Assembly (NCBI GenBank): GCA_964016885.1
Contig: OZ024749.1
Coordinates: 50,096,001-50,160,000, forward strand
Origin: Eledone cirrhosa
Lineage: Eukaryota
Direction: 5' to 3'
DNA: 64,000 nt
Within the stretch, counting starts at the first letter, position 1; each line of letters begins with the position of its first letter. This document shows positions 44,388 through 60,164 of the stretch, in pieces. The notes beneath the pieces were generated by a model. That model worked only from the letters and a program-made list of their open reading frames with translations, was not told the DNA's origin and did not search any database. The position numbers and the translations under genes were made by a program.

Positions 44388-44459
44388 TTTTATTGTATCT
44401 GATGAGGACATACTGTTGAACTTAACTCACTAACTCTGAAATATGTATAATAAAATATA
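44388..44459 (+). ncRNA. Hammerhead-like motif, copy 2 (more degenerate)
   Basis: CTGATGA (44399-44405) GGA..TCT GAAA TATGTA TA ATAAAATATA; flanks share ACTATGTCA and TTAATATTTTGAAT with copy 1 and end at a microsatellite. Confidence 0.4.
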
Positions 44460-44545
44460 ATTGATCACAAGTATATTTATTTTGTTAATATTTTGAATTA
44501 ATACATATGTATATATGTATGTGTGTGTGTGTGTGTATGTATATA

Positions 44546-44658
<113 letters not shown>

Positions 44659-44914
44659 TTGTGTGTGTTTGTATGTGTGTGTGTGCGGGTCTGTGCGTAT
44701 ATACATATATCAATCTATCTAGCTATATATGTATGTATGTATGCATGTAGCTATGCATGTATATATGTATGTATATTATTTTACGTCCATTCATCTTCTG
44801 CTTCTCTATCTTTCAATTTCATATTTGATATTTTCTGGTAACGGACTCGGCCAGAAATGTAAAGTTACGTTTCGTACCATTTCTAGTGTCCATATAGGTC
44901 ACACATCAACAACT

Positions 44915-45070
44915 AGGCGGAATCTATGAAGATTTCAGTCGATCAATGGATGGTTACTCCGCCGAAGACAAAATCTCTAATGCAAACCTCTTTTTCATGA
45001 AACTACAACTATACTTGAGTGGACGTGTCAGATTGAGTAATTATATAGGACCAGCATGGTTCTAGATACA
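44915..45070 (+). pseudogene. Possible decayed LINE RT fragment (CR1/L2-like)
   Basis: GIYEDFSRSMDGYSAEDKISNANLFFMKLQLYLSGRVRLSNYI resembles the YxDFSKAFD..LLxKLxxYG RT segment. Confidence 0.3.
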
Positions 45071-45434
45071 GTCGCACGAACCTTGAACAAGTAACCATGG
45101 AACGGACCGACATCAATTATTTAAAAAAACACCTATATTTTATTAGGATTGTAATGCATTATGTCAATACATATGTAGTTGAGTAATTGAAGAAAATAAT
45201 GCATTTTTTTCCGGCATCCAGTTGTCGGATTAGGTCCTCTGTCTGTTTTGATTTTGTTGATATTCGTTCACTGTCAAATCTGATCTGGCATATTGCTTTG
45301 CACAATTCAACTAGAACACTTTTGGTACATAACCATATTTTGAAAGGAAATAGCTTTTGATTATGAAAGATATGTGAATATTATTCAAAGGTTGCTGAAA
45401 GACGACACAGTGATTTTCTCATTATCACATAGAT

Positions 45435-45624
45435 GGGCGGTGGATTGGCAGTATCGCCAGAGGGTCGGGCGCCATGCTTTGACGTATAGAGTTACGGCCC
45501 TTGCCATTCTGAGTTAAAATCCCGACGAGGTTAACTTTGCCTTTCATCCTTACGGGGTCGATAACACAAATACCAGTAATACACTGGATAATTGCTGGCC
45601 TTGTGCCAAATGTAGAACAAATTA
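45435..45624 (+). mobile_element. Full-length SINE, subfamily B
   Basis: Close match to 26119-26310; degenerate TSD ATTATCACATAGAT / ATTACCACAAAGAG. Confidence 0.93.
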
Positions 45625-46106
45625 CCACAAAGAGAAATTTATCGTGTTATTATATTGATAATGTAGTCGAATGTGAAGTATCAGTGAACTATATACATTG
45701 TGTTTGAAGACAACCACACGAAATCAGTTGAGACTTTCCCAGAATATTATAATCTTAACTAATGAATTTATTATTAATATTCTAGTTATTTGCAACATTA
45801 ACATAACTATGGTTATTAATATAAATATAAGGACACTGATGCATCGCAAATATGATTAGACCGAAATTCATCAAGGCTAAAACGATAAAAGGCAAAGATA
45901 AAGGAATGTAACTTATATATCTATATTTATAATGGCCATCATCAAAACCGTATTTTTTTTATTGTGGACATAAATATAATATAGACAGCTATTAAATAGT
46001 ATAGAGATTTCCTTTTTTAACTCAGTTTCTGAATGTCCAATATACGATATAAATTAAACTCTAAATTGGATATTTTCGAAAATGTATATTATTTGCACAA
46101 TTTATC

Positions 46107-46204
<98 letters not shown>

Positions 46205-46257
46205 ATATATATATAATATATATATATAATATATATATATATAATATATATATATAT

Positions 46258-46363
<106 letters not shown>

Positions 46364-49318
46364 ATATATATATATCTTGCGTTTTGTATATGTTATAGTA
46401 TTATTTAATAATTGATAGAATTTCTCCGATTTAAATGAAATGTCTATCATTAAAATACATCTGCGATTTTGAAACATGCTGTCTGTGAATCTATGAACTG
46501 TATATCTCTCTAAATAATAATAATAAATGCTGTCCATTGATATTCCGATTGCAATTGAATCATGTAGGGCCAAACTTTAGAACAGTATTAGATATATACT
46601 GATAATTTTGCAATTGAATTTAATCAGATTTTTCAGTGATGACATGAATATTTAACGTTTAATGTATGGCATAACGTGTGATAAATTATAGTGTATTACA
46701 CGATGCCCTTTCATTTAAACTACGACCATATTGACAAATTAATTTCCATATAATAAAGAATGTTATATAATTATTTATCCTGTACATGGCAAACAAGAAA
46801 GGTGGTGGAAGAGGAGATGGAACCATATCTCCTGTAATGCATGATACATTATTTGTGCAAATGAATGAAGAAAGTTAATGAAATAAGATGTATGTCAATA
46901 TAAATGGCTGGCCTATATAGATAGAAAAATAAATCTACATATATGTCATTGTATTGAATTGCTGGAAGACAATAGACCTTCATGTGTCAATATATATTTG
47001 TATATGTATGTAAATGTGTACTGGCGTGTCTATACAATTAATCACAGGCCCATACTCCAGCATACACAGTCGCACATACTTACACATACACATATATGTA
47101 AATATAAATTCATTTTCGTAAGGTAAAGTAGTAAATGATTTCTACATTTATATACATATATATATATATGTAAGACGTTTAGGAATAATCAACGGATGCT
47201 AATATTACTTTAAAATGCGGATATATATACATAGTTTTATATGTGTCCTCATTCATCGAGGCAGCCACTAAATATATGTTCGAAAATGGCATCAGATGTT
47301 GTTGGAAGTATATCTACGTACAATAAGATTTGTCAGGCTTACAATAAGTTTGTCGTTGATTATGAATCAAGACGCTAATTCAGTATTGGATTATTGATGC
47401 CTCAGGCAAAAGTGTCCAAATTTTAATTTGCTAAATTTGGTAAACACATTCACAATGACAGTCAAAGAGAGCGAACCCACCAATTATGGATTAGTAATCA
47501 ACGATTTAGCAAACAGCTACGTTTGCATGTATCCTTGTGGCCAATAGTGAAATAGTTATTTGTATATCATTATTTATATGTATATATGCGTGTGTTTAAA
47601 TGTGTCTGTTTATGTATATATACATATGTATGTATACATTTATAGGGAGAGTGAGAGTGAGTGATAGATATGGAGAGAGAAAGAGTGATAGAGAGCAAGA
47701 GATGGATATATATATAGAGAGAAAAATAATATGCGAGTGTCTTTGTGTCTCTATGTGCCTGCATTCATATGTATGCATATATATCTGATACATACTCATG
47801 AAAATTCTCACAAAAACGTAATAAAAGTAAAATCTTTGATGTCAAATTAATTACATTTTTTCGCTCTGTGTGTTGTTAGTTCCTTTTCTTTTCATGAAAT
47901 CTATCTTTTTACTACTTTTATCACTGAATTAATGAAAAACTAAATATAACTTTAACGACAAAGAAAGTTATTAATGAAAACCACAAATAATTGTTTCCAC
48001 ATGAACGAACATGCTAAATAGTTCCTGATTATAAAATGATATTTGTTAATAAGCTGTTACATTGTACTTATCTTCAACAACACCAACACTACCAACAACA
48101 ATAACAACTACATCAACCCAAACAATAAAAAAGTGTATGAGTAAGAACAACATACACATTTCCAAGCGAAACCAACAACAATTAAAATAGAAGCTTCATT
48201 CTCGCCAACAATAACAATTCAAAACGATGACAAAAAGGAAACGACGTGTCAGGTGAAGATAATTATATTTAATTATGTGTTTACTAATTCTTATCTCATA
48301 ATATTCCATTTCGTTTGTTTGATTTTTAGCTCAATGTCTGGCTATGTTGTATATCCATCGGCTGTTATTAATGACACCGTCCACTCTAGCGTTGTATATA
48401 TTCAGCGAACCTATTCCGACACACATCGTATGTTATGATTGCCCTTTTGAAACCTGTGAACAGCATAAACTGCACAGGATTTTTTTAACAGTTTCGTTTT
48501 TCGTTTGAACAAATGTATCATTATATATAGGGGCTCAGAATTGGTACGTTTAAATAAAATGAAGTATGTTTCGATATCTGAATGAATCCAAAATCTATAT
48601 GTAAATCAAATAACACGTAATCACCCCTATTTCTACGAAATATGTTATTTATTTTATAGTTTGTTTAAACATACTTATCAAGAACCTACCTACCGTTATT
48701 TTCTGAGAAAAATATACTTACATAATATCGGCTGGAATCGCATAGGGAACCCGCCACATGAATTACGGAGGGGTGTTTCTGACAATAGTTTTCGAGGATT
48801 CTTCCCCCCAAAATCTCTTAGAAATAGGTGGGCAAAAAAGAAGTATCTTCCTGTATGCTCCCCAAACCATCATAATACTTTTTACATGAGATTAATGTTC
48901 AATTTGAAAACGATTTAAACATCATAGGCACATATTCTCCTGTGAAACATCTTAAGGGGATGATTAATTCATTATAATTGTAATAATTATATGCGAACAT
49001 TTAATCCCGTCTTTATAGTCGTTTAATCTCTCCGGGTTTTGAGTGCCTAACATTGCATAATTTTCATAATTTCGAGGACTATAAATATTACAAGTCTTAA
49101 ACTAAGGTCGGATATTTCTGGATATAACTTTCATCATTCTTCCACATCACACACTCACACATACTCTCACGCCTAGAGATGAAAGAGGCTCCACCAGGTT
49201 TTAAATTCTTAAGATTTGCTACGTATCATTACATCCACCACTACCCCTCTACAACTCGACCAGGATTTGCATATTAATTATTATTTCAAATACGTTAAGT
49301 GAAAATTATATTTGAATA

Positions 49319-49493
49319 ATTGTTTCTACTTTTTAGCACGAAGCCAGCAATTATCTCCAGTGCATTACTGGTACTTTATTTTAGCGACCCCGTAAGGATG
49401 AAAGGCAAAGTGAACTCAGACGGCAAAGGGACGTAACTCTTTGTTGCAAAGAACGGCGTCCGACCCTATACCGATACTGCCAATCCACCATCC
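49319..49493 (-). mobile_element. SINE with internal deletion and 13-bp TSD
   Basis: TSD TTATATTTGAATA at 49306-49318 and 49494-49506; lacks the segment between core and B box. Confidence 0.92.
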
Positions 49494-51082
49494 TTATATT
49501 TGAATAGTGCGCATTTAACCGGTTCATAAAGAAAACATTTCTTTCAAACAGAGTTTTGTTCAAAATATGATATCTACGCTAATTGGCACACGTTCCTATC
49601 TCTTTCTAAAAAATGAAATTTTAAATTAAATTCAGGTAAATTGTATTATGAAGGAGTTTCCTTTTGATGTGATTTAAGATGATGTTTTCATTTTCTGGTG
49701 GGCTACGATTAACTGTCTTCCCTACACTATATATACTTCGGTGTTTTGCTGCCCAGGGAAAAAGCTTCTCGATGACAACAAGGAAAAATTCAATACAATG
49801 TTTCTCTTGTGATATTATATTTGATTAATATAATACTATTTAATAAATATATATCACCAATATATTTCAGATAATATATGATAGATATATTCAATATCAA
49901 TCACTCTACAGGGAAATCTGCTTGGTAACTTAACATGATAAGTGGCTAGTAGCAACGGTATCTTTTAATTCAATCTGAGATTGAATGTGGCTGAAATATG
50001 AAGTAATCGTATGTCTACAGGCAAAAAATAGAAACAGAATCAATGGAATGGCAGCATATCTACTAGTTATACACACTAACATTTTTATTATACTAGAAAA
50101 AAAACTGTATATACGAGATATAATCTATTTCATCGATCCCAAATTATATCTACACAAGTAGTGATATTAATTTTCGTATGACATCACAGCAAACACACCT
50201 GCAAGTAAATGTTGTATGTATGATAGTCCAGCATAGTCCCAGCTAAATTGTTCGATCTCCGACTACGCGAAAGTAATGAATATGCTTACAAAATGGAATT
50301 CAAAAATATATATTTCCATAAAGTATATTTTACAATACATTGGAGTAATATCACCTGACTGTGATTATTTAGGACACTAATACAATATAAATCCGCCGAG
50401 AGGACGGTAACATATTCTGAAATGACAAATGATTATTTATTTCTGATATGAATCTGTTTAAGTGTGAAGCTACAATAAGTGTAAATACAAAATCTCTATC
50501 CAGTTTAAGACTGAATTGCAATACGATAGATTTGGTGAATCAATGTTTCGAGGTTCACTCTAGGGGTTGAGAGTAAATTATAAAATTACTGTTTTAGATG
50601 GCAATTTTATACACATTTTCAAGAGACATTGTTATTAATTTTTAGGAAGCAAGAAAGAAATTATTGCAACGGAAATAAAACACATGACTCCAATGAGTTC
50701 AAAAATCTCATTGTATAGACTTGTGTGTTTATTTTTATTTTCGATATGGTCTGTGGCAAATTAGCTTGCGGTGCTGAAACTGAACGTTTTAACATTTGTA
50801 GTTAAATAATCAACGTAGGATTCCTTACGGAACCGGAACATCTATATAGCACAGATTAGAATGTAAATTGATTCCTACCTGAAGCATAGACTCATAATGT
50901 TTTGGTAATCTACAAATTATGGTTTAGTTAGAGGACAAAGTAAATTGAATGTTATTATGATGCCTAGTAATAAGATGAACTATTTTGTCAAAGGAACGGG
51001 ATGGAAATAATGTTTAAATATATATATATATATGGATGTGTGTGCGTGTGTGTGTGTATGTAACACACACACACACATATAT

Positions 51083-51129
<47 letters not shown>

Positions 51130-51296
51130 TATATATATATATATAAATACATATATATAAATTGAGGGAGGAAGCAGGTTTCGATATGGAATATATATAC
51201 TTATTCACACGTGACGTGCTTTCAGTGACTAACTGCTCAAACTAGTGAATCACTAGTATCTAACGTTCTCTCTCTACCTCTCCCTCTCTTGTCTGC

Positions 51297-51363
<67 letters not shown>

Positions 51364-51376
51364 CCTCTCTCTCTCT

Positions 51377-51420
<44 letters not shown>

Positions 51421-51882
51421 ATACGCACAAATGCACGCACGCAGACACACACAAAAAGACACACACACGAACGCATATATATATATATGTATGTATATAT
51501 ATATATATATATAGATAATATAGATATAGATAATTTCGAATAGGTTCGCAGATTTGGGTCTTTTCTTTCTTAATATATTTAATTGATATGTTTCATAGTA
51601 AGAAATATATTGATACAAGTGGTATCCACAAATTTGAAGTGTTTGTTTTTCTCAGGCAATACAACATCGTTCAAAGAAAACTACTAATATTAGATTGATA
51701 AACGATTGTGTCAATGTAACCTATACGCTGTAAACATATGTTGAACATGCATTAACATATTATGAAGTGTTTAAATGTAATCAATGTTATCTCTGTTATA
51801 CCTCCAACCATTGATATCTACTACATTAACAACGTTATTTTCGTCGTCCACATCATTATCCTCATAATTACTATCAATATAA

Positions 51883-52476
51883 GATTTGGCAGTATCGGTA
51901 GAGGGTCGAACGCCATGCTGTGCAGCATTGAGTTACAGCCCTTGACATTCTGAATTCAAATCTCGCCGAGGTTAACTTTACCTTTCATCCTTACGGGGTC
52001 GATAAAATAAAGTATCAGTAATACACCGGAATACTTGCTGGCCTTGTGCCAAAAGCAGAAACAATTATTAGATACAGGATTAGGGCGTTGGATTGGCAGT
52101 ATAGGCAGCATAGAGTTACGTCCCTTTACCCTTTGAGTTCAAATCCTGCCGAGTTTAAATGTGCCTGTCTTCCTTACAGGGTCGATAAAATAAAGCATCT
52201 GTAACGTACTGGGGCCGATTTAATCGACTTTCCCCATCCCCCCAAATTACTGCCATTGTGCCTATATAAGAAACCATTATTAGATGCAGGATTGGCAGCA
52301 TCAGTAGAGGGTTGGATACCATGCATTGCAGCATAGAATTACGCGCCTTTCCGGTCTGAGTTCAAATTCCACCGAGGTAAACTTTGCCTTTCATATTTAC
52401 GGGCTCGATAACATAAAGTACCATGTAACGTTCTGCGATAATTGGTGGCCTTGTGCCAAAATTAGAAACAATTGTT
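51883..52476 (+). mobile_element. Head-to-tail array of three SINE copies
   Basis: Units at about 51883-52069, 52082-52281 and 52289-52476, each with B box and core; each followed by ATT(A/G)TTAGAT(A/G)CA. Confidence 0.92.
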
Positions 52477-53065
52477 AGATACAACAGTAGAACAATCATT
52501 ACGACAATCAAAGTACTAAACCAGCTCCAGCATCATCTTGAAATATTTCATCCGAAGCCCCACCGACGTATAGAAGTAATGATTATAAAGATATAGAAGA
52601 AACGGGGAATGTTAAATACATGATTAAAGAGGCAAACACATAGTATATATTGAGTATTGTGATTTTAAAACAGATTAAATATTCAAAATATTCAGGAAAT
52701 GTTAAAAGAAAATTTGAACATGGAACCAATAGTTAAAAAGGATATGAAAACTTCCTTTGCCTCAGTCTATTTGCAATTGAAATACTCGTGTTTTTGTTTT
52801 AGTTTTGTTTAGTTATATCTGCATATGTGTGTATTTATTGGAATAAGAATTTACAAATAATGTGTGTAAATGTACATGAACGCCTACGCGATCGTGGATG
52901 ATAATATATTCTTTATAAAACTATGATATGTCGAGAACGTAACTATACTTAAAACGGAATAAATGTGTGTGTAAATGCATCTCTGTATGTAGGAGTTAGT
53001 CCTCAAGTGATCATCAAAGCAATTCCATGTGCGTAAGGCCTGCACAATGTTGATGTTATTATTTA

Positions 53066-53253
53066 TGGATTGGCAGTATTGGTAGACGGTCGGACGCGTA
53101 GCTTTGACGCATAGAGTTACGGCCCTTGCCATTCTGAGTTTAAACCCCGCCGAGCTTAACTTTGCCTTTCATCCTTACGGCGTCGATACAATAAAGTACT
53201 AGTAATGCACTTGGTAATTGGTGGCCATGTGCCAAAAGTAGAAACAAGTATTA
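53066..53253 (+). mobile_element. SINE, subfamily B
   Basis: GGCCCTTGCCATTCTGAGTT, core, GTGCCAAAAGTAGAAAC tail. Confidence 0.92.
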
Positions 53254-53488
53254 CTCCATGCTGTCATTTGACATCGCTAGTTAGAGAATACAGCATGTTA
53301 GGCCAAGGCGAATACTATTTTTTTCCTTTTTTTGGTATTATTTGGAGGATTGTTTCAGTGCGTATTCTTATTTTTATTTCATATATATATATATATATGT
53401 GAGTGTGTGTGCGTGTGTGTGTGTGTGTGTCGCTGAGTGTATATGTATGTATGAGTATGTGTGTATAAACATATATGAATATATATAT

Positions 53489-53596
<108 letters not shown>

Positions 53597-53726
53597 TATA
53601 TACGTGTGTGTGTGTGTGCGTGTTTGTGTGTGTGTGTGTATAACACATACATATTCTTAAAAAGACTCCAGTTGCATTTTCGATTTCATCTGTTTTCCTA
53701 ACACCAAGTTACACTCCCTAAATATA

Positions 53727-53840
<114 letters not shown>

Positions 53841-54802
53841 CATATACAGTGTGTATAGTTAAAGGATTTTATAGCGTGTTTGCGTACATCATTATAACGG
53901 AAGGGCACTCACAGAAATGATACCAAGCACGCACTTATACACAACAACGCACTGACAAACTAAACAGCATATTATATACAGCGAGGAAGGTAATGTTTAG
54001 GTCATTTATACAATCCTGGAGGGCGTTATCAGGTGTAAGTCATATGAAAGACCTTCTACTTTCAATCGATATTCTGTGGAAACTTTTCTGTTGAATACGT
54101 TCAGAAGAACATTATAAATATATAATGTAAATCCTGTTAGAAGGGCAATGTATGATGCACATAAATTGAAAAATATTGGATTAGCTGAGATCACTCTTCA
54201 ATGAAAGCCAAGTCTAATAGCCTTCAAAGAGCAATTACCTATCATAACTCACACACTATAATGGAAATTATACATTACCAGTTATTGAGTCTTATGAGTG
54301 CAACGCTTTGAATGTACTGAACTAAAAGGTATCCCTGCTTTCCAAAGGTAATTGTATGGACCACATTGAACATTCGACGGTTTTCAATTATGTAGGAAGC
54401 TATGATTTTATGTATAATCTTTACGGCTTCCTATGCACTGAACTAGCAACTATATCGCAACATTAACACGCTCCCTATCAGAACATATTCACATTCAAAG
54501 GCAACTGTAGTAATATTACTCCTTAAATGATACTATGAAAGACCTTTCCAACTCTCATCATAGGATGCTTTTTTTTAGATATATTCCAGTTCTATGTAAA
54601 CGTCAGACTCAATGACATATTCATTAGAAACGGAAATGCTGAGGTTCTTTAAGTGGGTGTAATAATGTAGTACATACTTTCATTGGGTAGTCTTCCCGTA
54701 GTTTACTGTGTGTTATACTCTGCAAAATATTCCACACAATGAGAATCGACGTATATAGTTCTCTTATGACATCATCCGCCATTTATGACGTACCGACCTA
54801 CA

Positions 54803-54930
<128 letters not shown>

Positions 54931-54957
54931 GCATACATATATATACATATATATATA

Positions 54958-54991
<34 letters not shown>

Positions 54992-55062
54992 TATAGTAAT
55001 TTACATGCACACACACACTCACATATATATATATATATATATGATGTCTACCTGTTATTATT

Positions 55063-55096
<34 letters not shown>

Positions 55097-55136
55097 TCAT
55101 TCTTCTGTATATATATATATATATATATATTCATTC

Positions 55137-55207
<71 letters not shown>

Positions 55208-56133
55208 TTAATATATGTTTGTGTTTGTCTATATGTGTGTTTACGAGTGTTTCTATGTGAATGTTTGTGTGTGTCTTTGATTCGGATCAGGTGTCTGTGT
55301 GTGTGTACAACGATTTGGAAATTTCGATAATCATTGCAGAACATATGAAATAGATTTGAGAAAGCTTCAATTTTAAAATGAACAAATATTAAAATGACTA
55401 TCACATTTCCAATAATCCAATATGTCGAGTGAAACAGATTGATTCTAAACTATTCTAATTACGTATGAGTTCTCCTAAATATTATATGTCTAAGGTTTCA
55501 CTACCAGAAACGTATTGGCATTAGACAACTATAACTTTATATGTGTCTGGAAAAAATAGATCATTATTTACGTCGCATTTTTATTGAAGTTTCTGTCTAT
55601 ATCAGTCATTGTGAAGTATTCAATTTATGAATACTTTTGTGATGTGTTGTGTTCTGAATACTATTTCCTATTTGATGTACGCGTCATATCCATGTGTCTC
55701 TCCAGTTGAAAGCGTGATGTCTTCTCATTTGAATCTATAATCGTTGTTTTTGATGATGTGTAAATTGTGTACATGAATGTATCTACACGTGTCTAGATAC
55801 GGCGTCATTATATTTGTGTTGGTGTATCATTTTTTATAATTATTTCATATTAGTGTGGTAGATCACGACGCCTGTTCGCAAAGCATGTGTGTGTTAATGA
55901 AACAGCTTGATTGCTCTGGTTAATAGCTTAGAGTAGATGCATATACCATTTACGGTAGCAGCGGTTATTTTATCAAATGAAGGTGGAAATATCATGAAAC
56001 TTTATTTCGAATAAATAGGGTTTTCGCCTCGTGCCAAAACACTTGAATATATGTGTATCAAACGTTTCGTACTGCTGCATATGTGGGCCCTACTCTTCTA
56101 CATCATCGTATATGGCATTAATTGTTTCCAATA

Positions 56134-56317
56134 GCAGTATCGGTAGAGGGTTGGACGATGTACTTTCCAGCATAGAGTTACGGTCCGTTATGTTCTATGT
56201 TCAAATCCTGTCGAGGTTAACTTTGCCTTTCATCCTTACGGGATCGATAAAACAAAGTACCAGTAATGAACTGTATTAATTGCTGGCCTTGTGCCAACAA
56301 TTAGAAACAATTATTAT
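56134..56317 (+). mobile_element. SINE copy, followed by a degraded partial copy to ~56412
   Basis: GCAGTATCGGTAGAGGG..GTTCAAATCC..core..GAAACAATTATT. Confidence 0.9.
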
Positions 56318-56646
56318 AAATAGATTAGTATAGACCAGGCACGTTCTGAATTCAACTCACTACGAAGTCAACTTTCCTTTCAGACGGTTATAGTCGATAA
56401 TATATAGTACCATATTTACGTCGTTATATTCCAGTTTATCTTATTACAAATTTTGTTTAATTCTTCTGTCTCTCACTGTCTGTACAAGTTGGTGTCTGTG
56501 AGTCTGAATATTATTTTTTTTTTATTTTCTCTTTTATTGTGTGCATTTGTGTACCCGTAAATGTGTGTGTTGCTTTAAGAGTGGGTATACGTGGCTATGT
56601 ATGTGTATGGGCGTGTGTATATGTACGTTTACGAGTGTTTTTGTGT

Positions 56647-56681
<35 letters not shown>

Positions 56682-56688
56682 GTACATG

Positions 56689-56771
<83 letters not shown>

Positions 56772-56775
56772 GTAC

Positions 56776-56873
<98 letters not shown>

Positions 56874-57795
56874 ATACTCCTTTATAGCCCTTTGTGTGTG
56901 TGGGCGGTGAAACGTGAAACGTTGACTAAGACTTAAACACTCACGGAAGATAAAATACAATCAAATATACTTATTAGGTTTGAATAAGTATATTTGGAGA
57001 TAGAAATGTCTTTGATGTTTCGAGCTTAAGTTCTTACTCAGAAATATAGAATGAGAGAAAGAACTGGGATAACAAAGATAGTATGCATATCATTGGTGTG
57101 AAAACACGTGCTTATGTAAAGAAGATAGCATGTTGAAATGACCGGAAGTGTTGCGAACGAAACACGACTGTTGAAAACGTGAAAGTGACACGATTGATAG
57201 ATATGTGTTTAGTTTGCCCGATCGTATGCATGTGTGTAACAATGGTGTTATGCTCACAAGGTGAACACATTAATCTATTTGATGGTAATGGTAATATACT
57301 GGAGGCGTTATGTGTGATTGTGTGCGCTAGGGTTTTTTTCTTTAATATATTCGTTGTCTTTTTTGTGTGGGTTGACATATGTGTGTGTGCGTGTGTGTTA
57401 TGTATGCGATTGCGTATGCGAGCATTGTATGTTCTTGTTTGTTTCATGTATGTATAGCAGTGTCTCAGAAAGTAGGTGTGTCGATTACATTGTGAGGTTT
57501 GTCAACATATTTGAGTATAGGAATGCTATGCATTGTGTTTGCCTGTTTCTGTGAGTTTATTTGTGTTTGTGACTATGTGTATGTTTTTGTTCTGGCTCAT
57601 GTGTGTGGCAATTGGGTTTCAATAAGTGTGTATAAGTGTGATGTAGAAGGTGTGTGCTGTTTTTAAGTATGTGCGTATGCTAGAGTATGGCAAGTGAGGC
57701 AATTGTTTCTCTTTTCATAGATGTTATTGGGCGTGAGTGTGTGGGTTTATGTTGGTGTATACCATATTTACCCTATAATAGAGATGTAATATCTG

Positions 57796-57826
<31 letters not shown>

Positions 57827-57829
<3 letters not shown>

Positions 57830-57995
57830 GAACATGTATGACCCCCGACGGCTAATTCAGTCCGGAATTAGCCGTCGATACGGGTTGAGCTCTGTCGTCT
57901 GGGTCATACTTGTTCTTATTACCCACTCTACTACCCTAAGCATTGAGTACTTTAGTGTGTTATGGTCCATCTGGTTCCTTACCACATTTCCTTCG

Positions 57996-57997
<2 letters not shown>
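57827..57997 (-). mobile_element. TA-embedded hairpin element, copy C (one arm partly deleted)
   Basis: Reverse complement of the leader (TTACCCACTCTACTACCCT..CTTACCACATTTCCTTC); perfect inner stem CGACGGCTAATTC/GAATTAGCCGTCG; TA on both sides. Confidence 0.87.
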
Positions 57998-58030
<33 letters not shown>

Positions 58031-59155
58031 AATAATTTCAGAAAAAAGAAGGGTCTAAGTGGAATATTAAAAAATTAAAAAAGGGAACCATGGCGAGATA
58101 TGTCGTTTACTGAAGGTAGAATTTCAATTAATTGATTATATACAATTTTTATGAAGGACTGTATTAAGATATTATCTTGTGGAATGTTTTAAATAAGTCT
58201 TTATTTTTTTGTTTTCATTTTCACTTTCACAATCGACCATATATTTGTAAACACAAAATATATTAGGTGCCCATTTTCCTAATAGGTGTATGTGGAACCA
58301 CGTAATTTGAAAACGAATGGTAAATAGTCTATAGGTTTCAGCTATTGGTTTTGTTTGTTTTTTTTTGTCATTTCAATATACTTATGTAAATGGAAATTTA
58401 CTATATTTTATGGGTCAAAGAGAAAATAAACTAAAATATCTCCTGATATCTTTTTTGATAGAAGCATGTACCTAATCTATAGAGTGTTAATGAACAAAGC
58501 AAAGCGTCGTTAAATACAAGGGCTCAACTGATACGTACATTCTTAGCAGATATGTTGTATTAGAAATTTCAGGTTTATTTATGATTTCGCCCCGTTACCA
58601 AACACATTTATTGTCTTTACCTAATGGCTGTTGGTAAGTACAGTGTGGGGAATGGATATTGAAAGTGAAAGTAGAATGTTATTGTATTCTAGTTGCGTTT
58701 CCTTTGACGAGGTTTGGCATTCAATTAACAAAATTCCTATGGACTTTATAGATTATAGTTTATTCTGGGTTTTGACAATTTAATTCGTAAGAGCACTCCA
58801 TTGTTTTCTATGACCTGTGAGTGATTTCAACATCTTCAACAACATTGGCAAGCATTATCCTGTTCATTTAGCCGTGTTTTGTCTAAAAAGCACGAATCTA
58901 TGTTTAACACTTTAGTTGTTTTTCACACAAGTAGCATAATGCTAATATTATCCGAAGTTGATTCAAACAACACACCATATCAGCTTAGCTGCAGTCATCT
59001 GCCAACATCATTATCAGTCAATCCTACAACTCTCAATAAAATACACTTTCGTGTGAATCTGATTCTGATGGCTAAATGAGCTCTGAAATGAAGTTAACGG
59101 TGAATGAGAATTTAAGGGACGGCTGCAGATATACACACGTGCGTGTATGTATGCG

Positions 59156-59231
<76 letters not shown>

Positions 59232-59243
59232 TAGAATTGTATA

Positions 59244-59327
<84 letters not shown>

Positions 59328-59474
59328 ATAATAATAAATTTGAAGACTAAAATCTAAAGAGGCCTCGATAAGGATAAATATGAAGCAGATATATAAGAAC
59401 CGTAGAGCAAATATTTATTATACGCGGATATTTTACGCCTTGGTGTGGTTGCTAAGTATATGTTATGTTAATAC

Positions 59475-59660
59475 CTGTTTCTACTTTAGGCACAAGGCCA
59501 GCAATTAACCAGTGCATTACTGGTACTTTATTTTATCGACCCCGTAAGGATGAAAGGCAAAGTCAACATCGGCGGGATTAGAACTCAGATCGTAAAGGGA
59601 CGTAACTATGCATGAAAGCATGGCGTCCGACCCGTACCGATACTGCCAATCCACCGCCCT
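59475..59660 (-). mobile_element. Full-length SINE, subfamily A, with perfect 14-bp TSD
   Basis: TSD TGTTATGTTAATAC at 59461-59474 and 59661-59674. Confidence 0.95.
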
Positions 59661-60164
59661 TGTTATGTTAATACGATTACTTATTCGTATAGGTAAGTAT
59701 ATATTACCTGTATGTTTTGTGAAGGTACGTATACATTTTCATACATATATTTGCTTGTATATGTTATTGGCATATATATATATTATATATACTGGTACAT
59801 GTGCATTTGTTTACGTGTATACGTGAGTTTTGCGCCTGTGTGAGTATGCGGGTTCGTACGTATGTAGGGTGTGTATATATGTGTACTTTGTGGTTTAGTT
59901 GACGTACGTCGGCGAACATATGTGTATTTACATGTAGGATGTAGGTGTGTGTGTACACGCGTTATATACGTATTTATGTGTGTATATTTATATACGTTTA
60001 TTTAATTATGTATACACGCACACGCACACACACCCACACACGTATGAATATGTATATGTTTTTATATATATTTGTATGTGTATTTGTTGTATACGTTCGT
60101 ATGTGTGCGGGTACAGGCGTTGCGTGGGTTCTGTATGTGCGTGCGTGTTATTTTGTTTTTGCTT

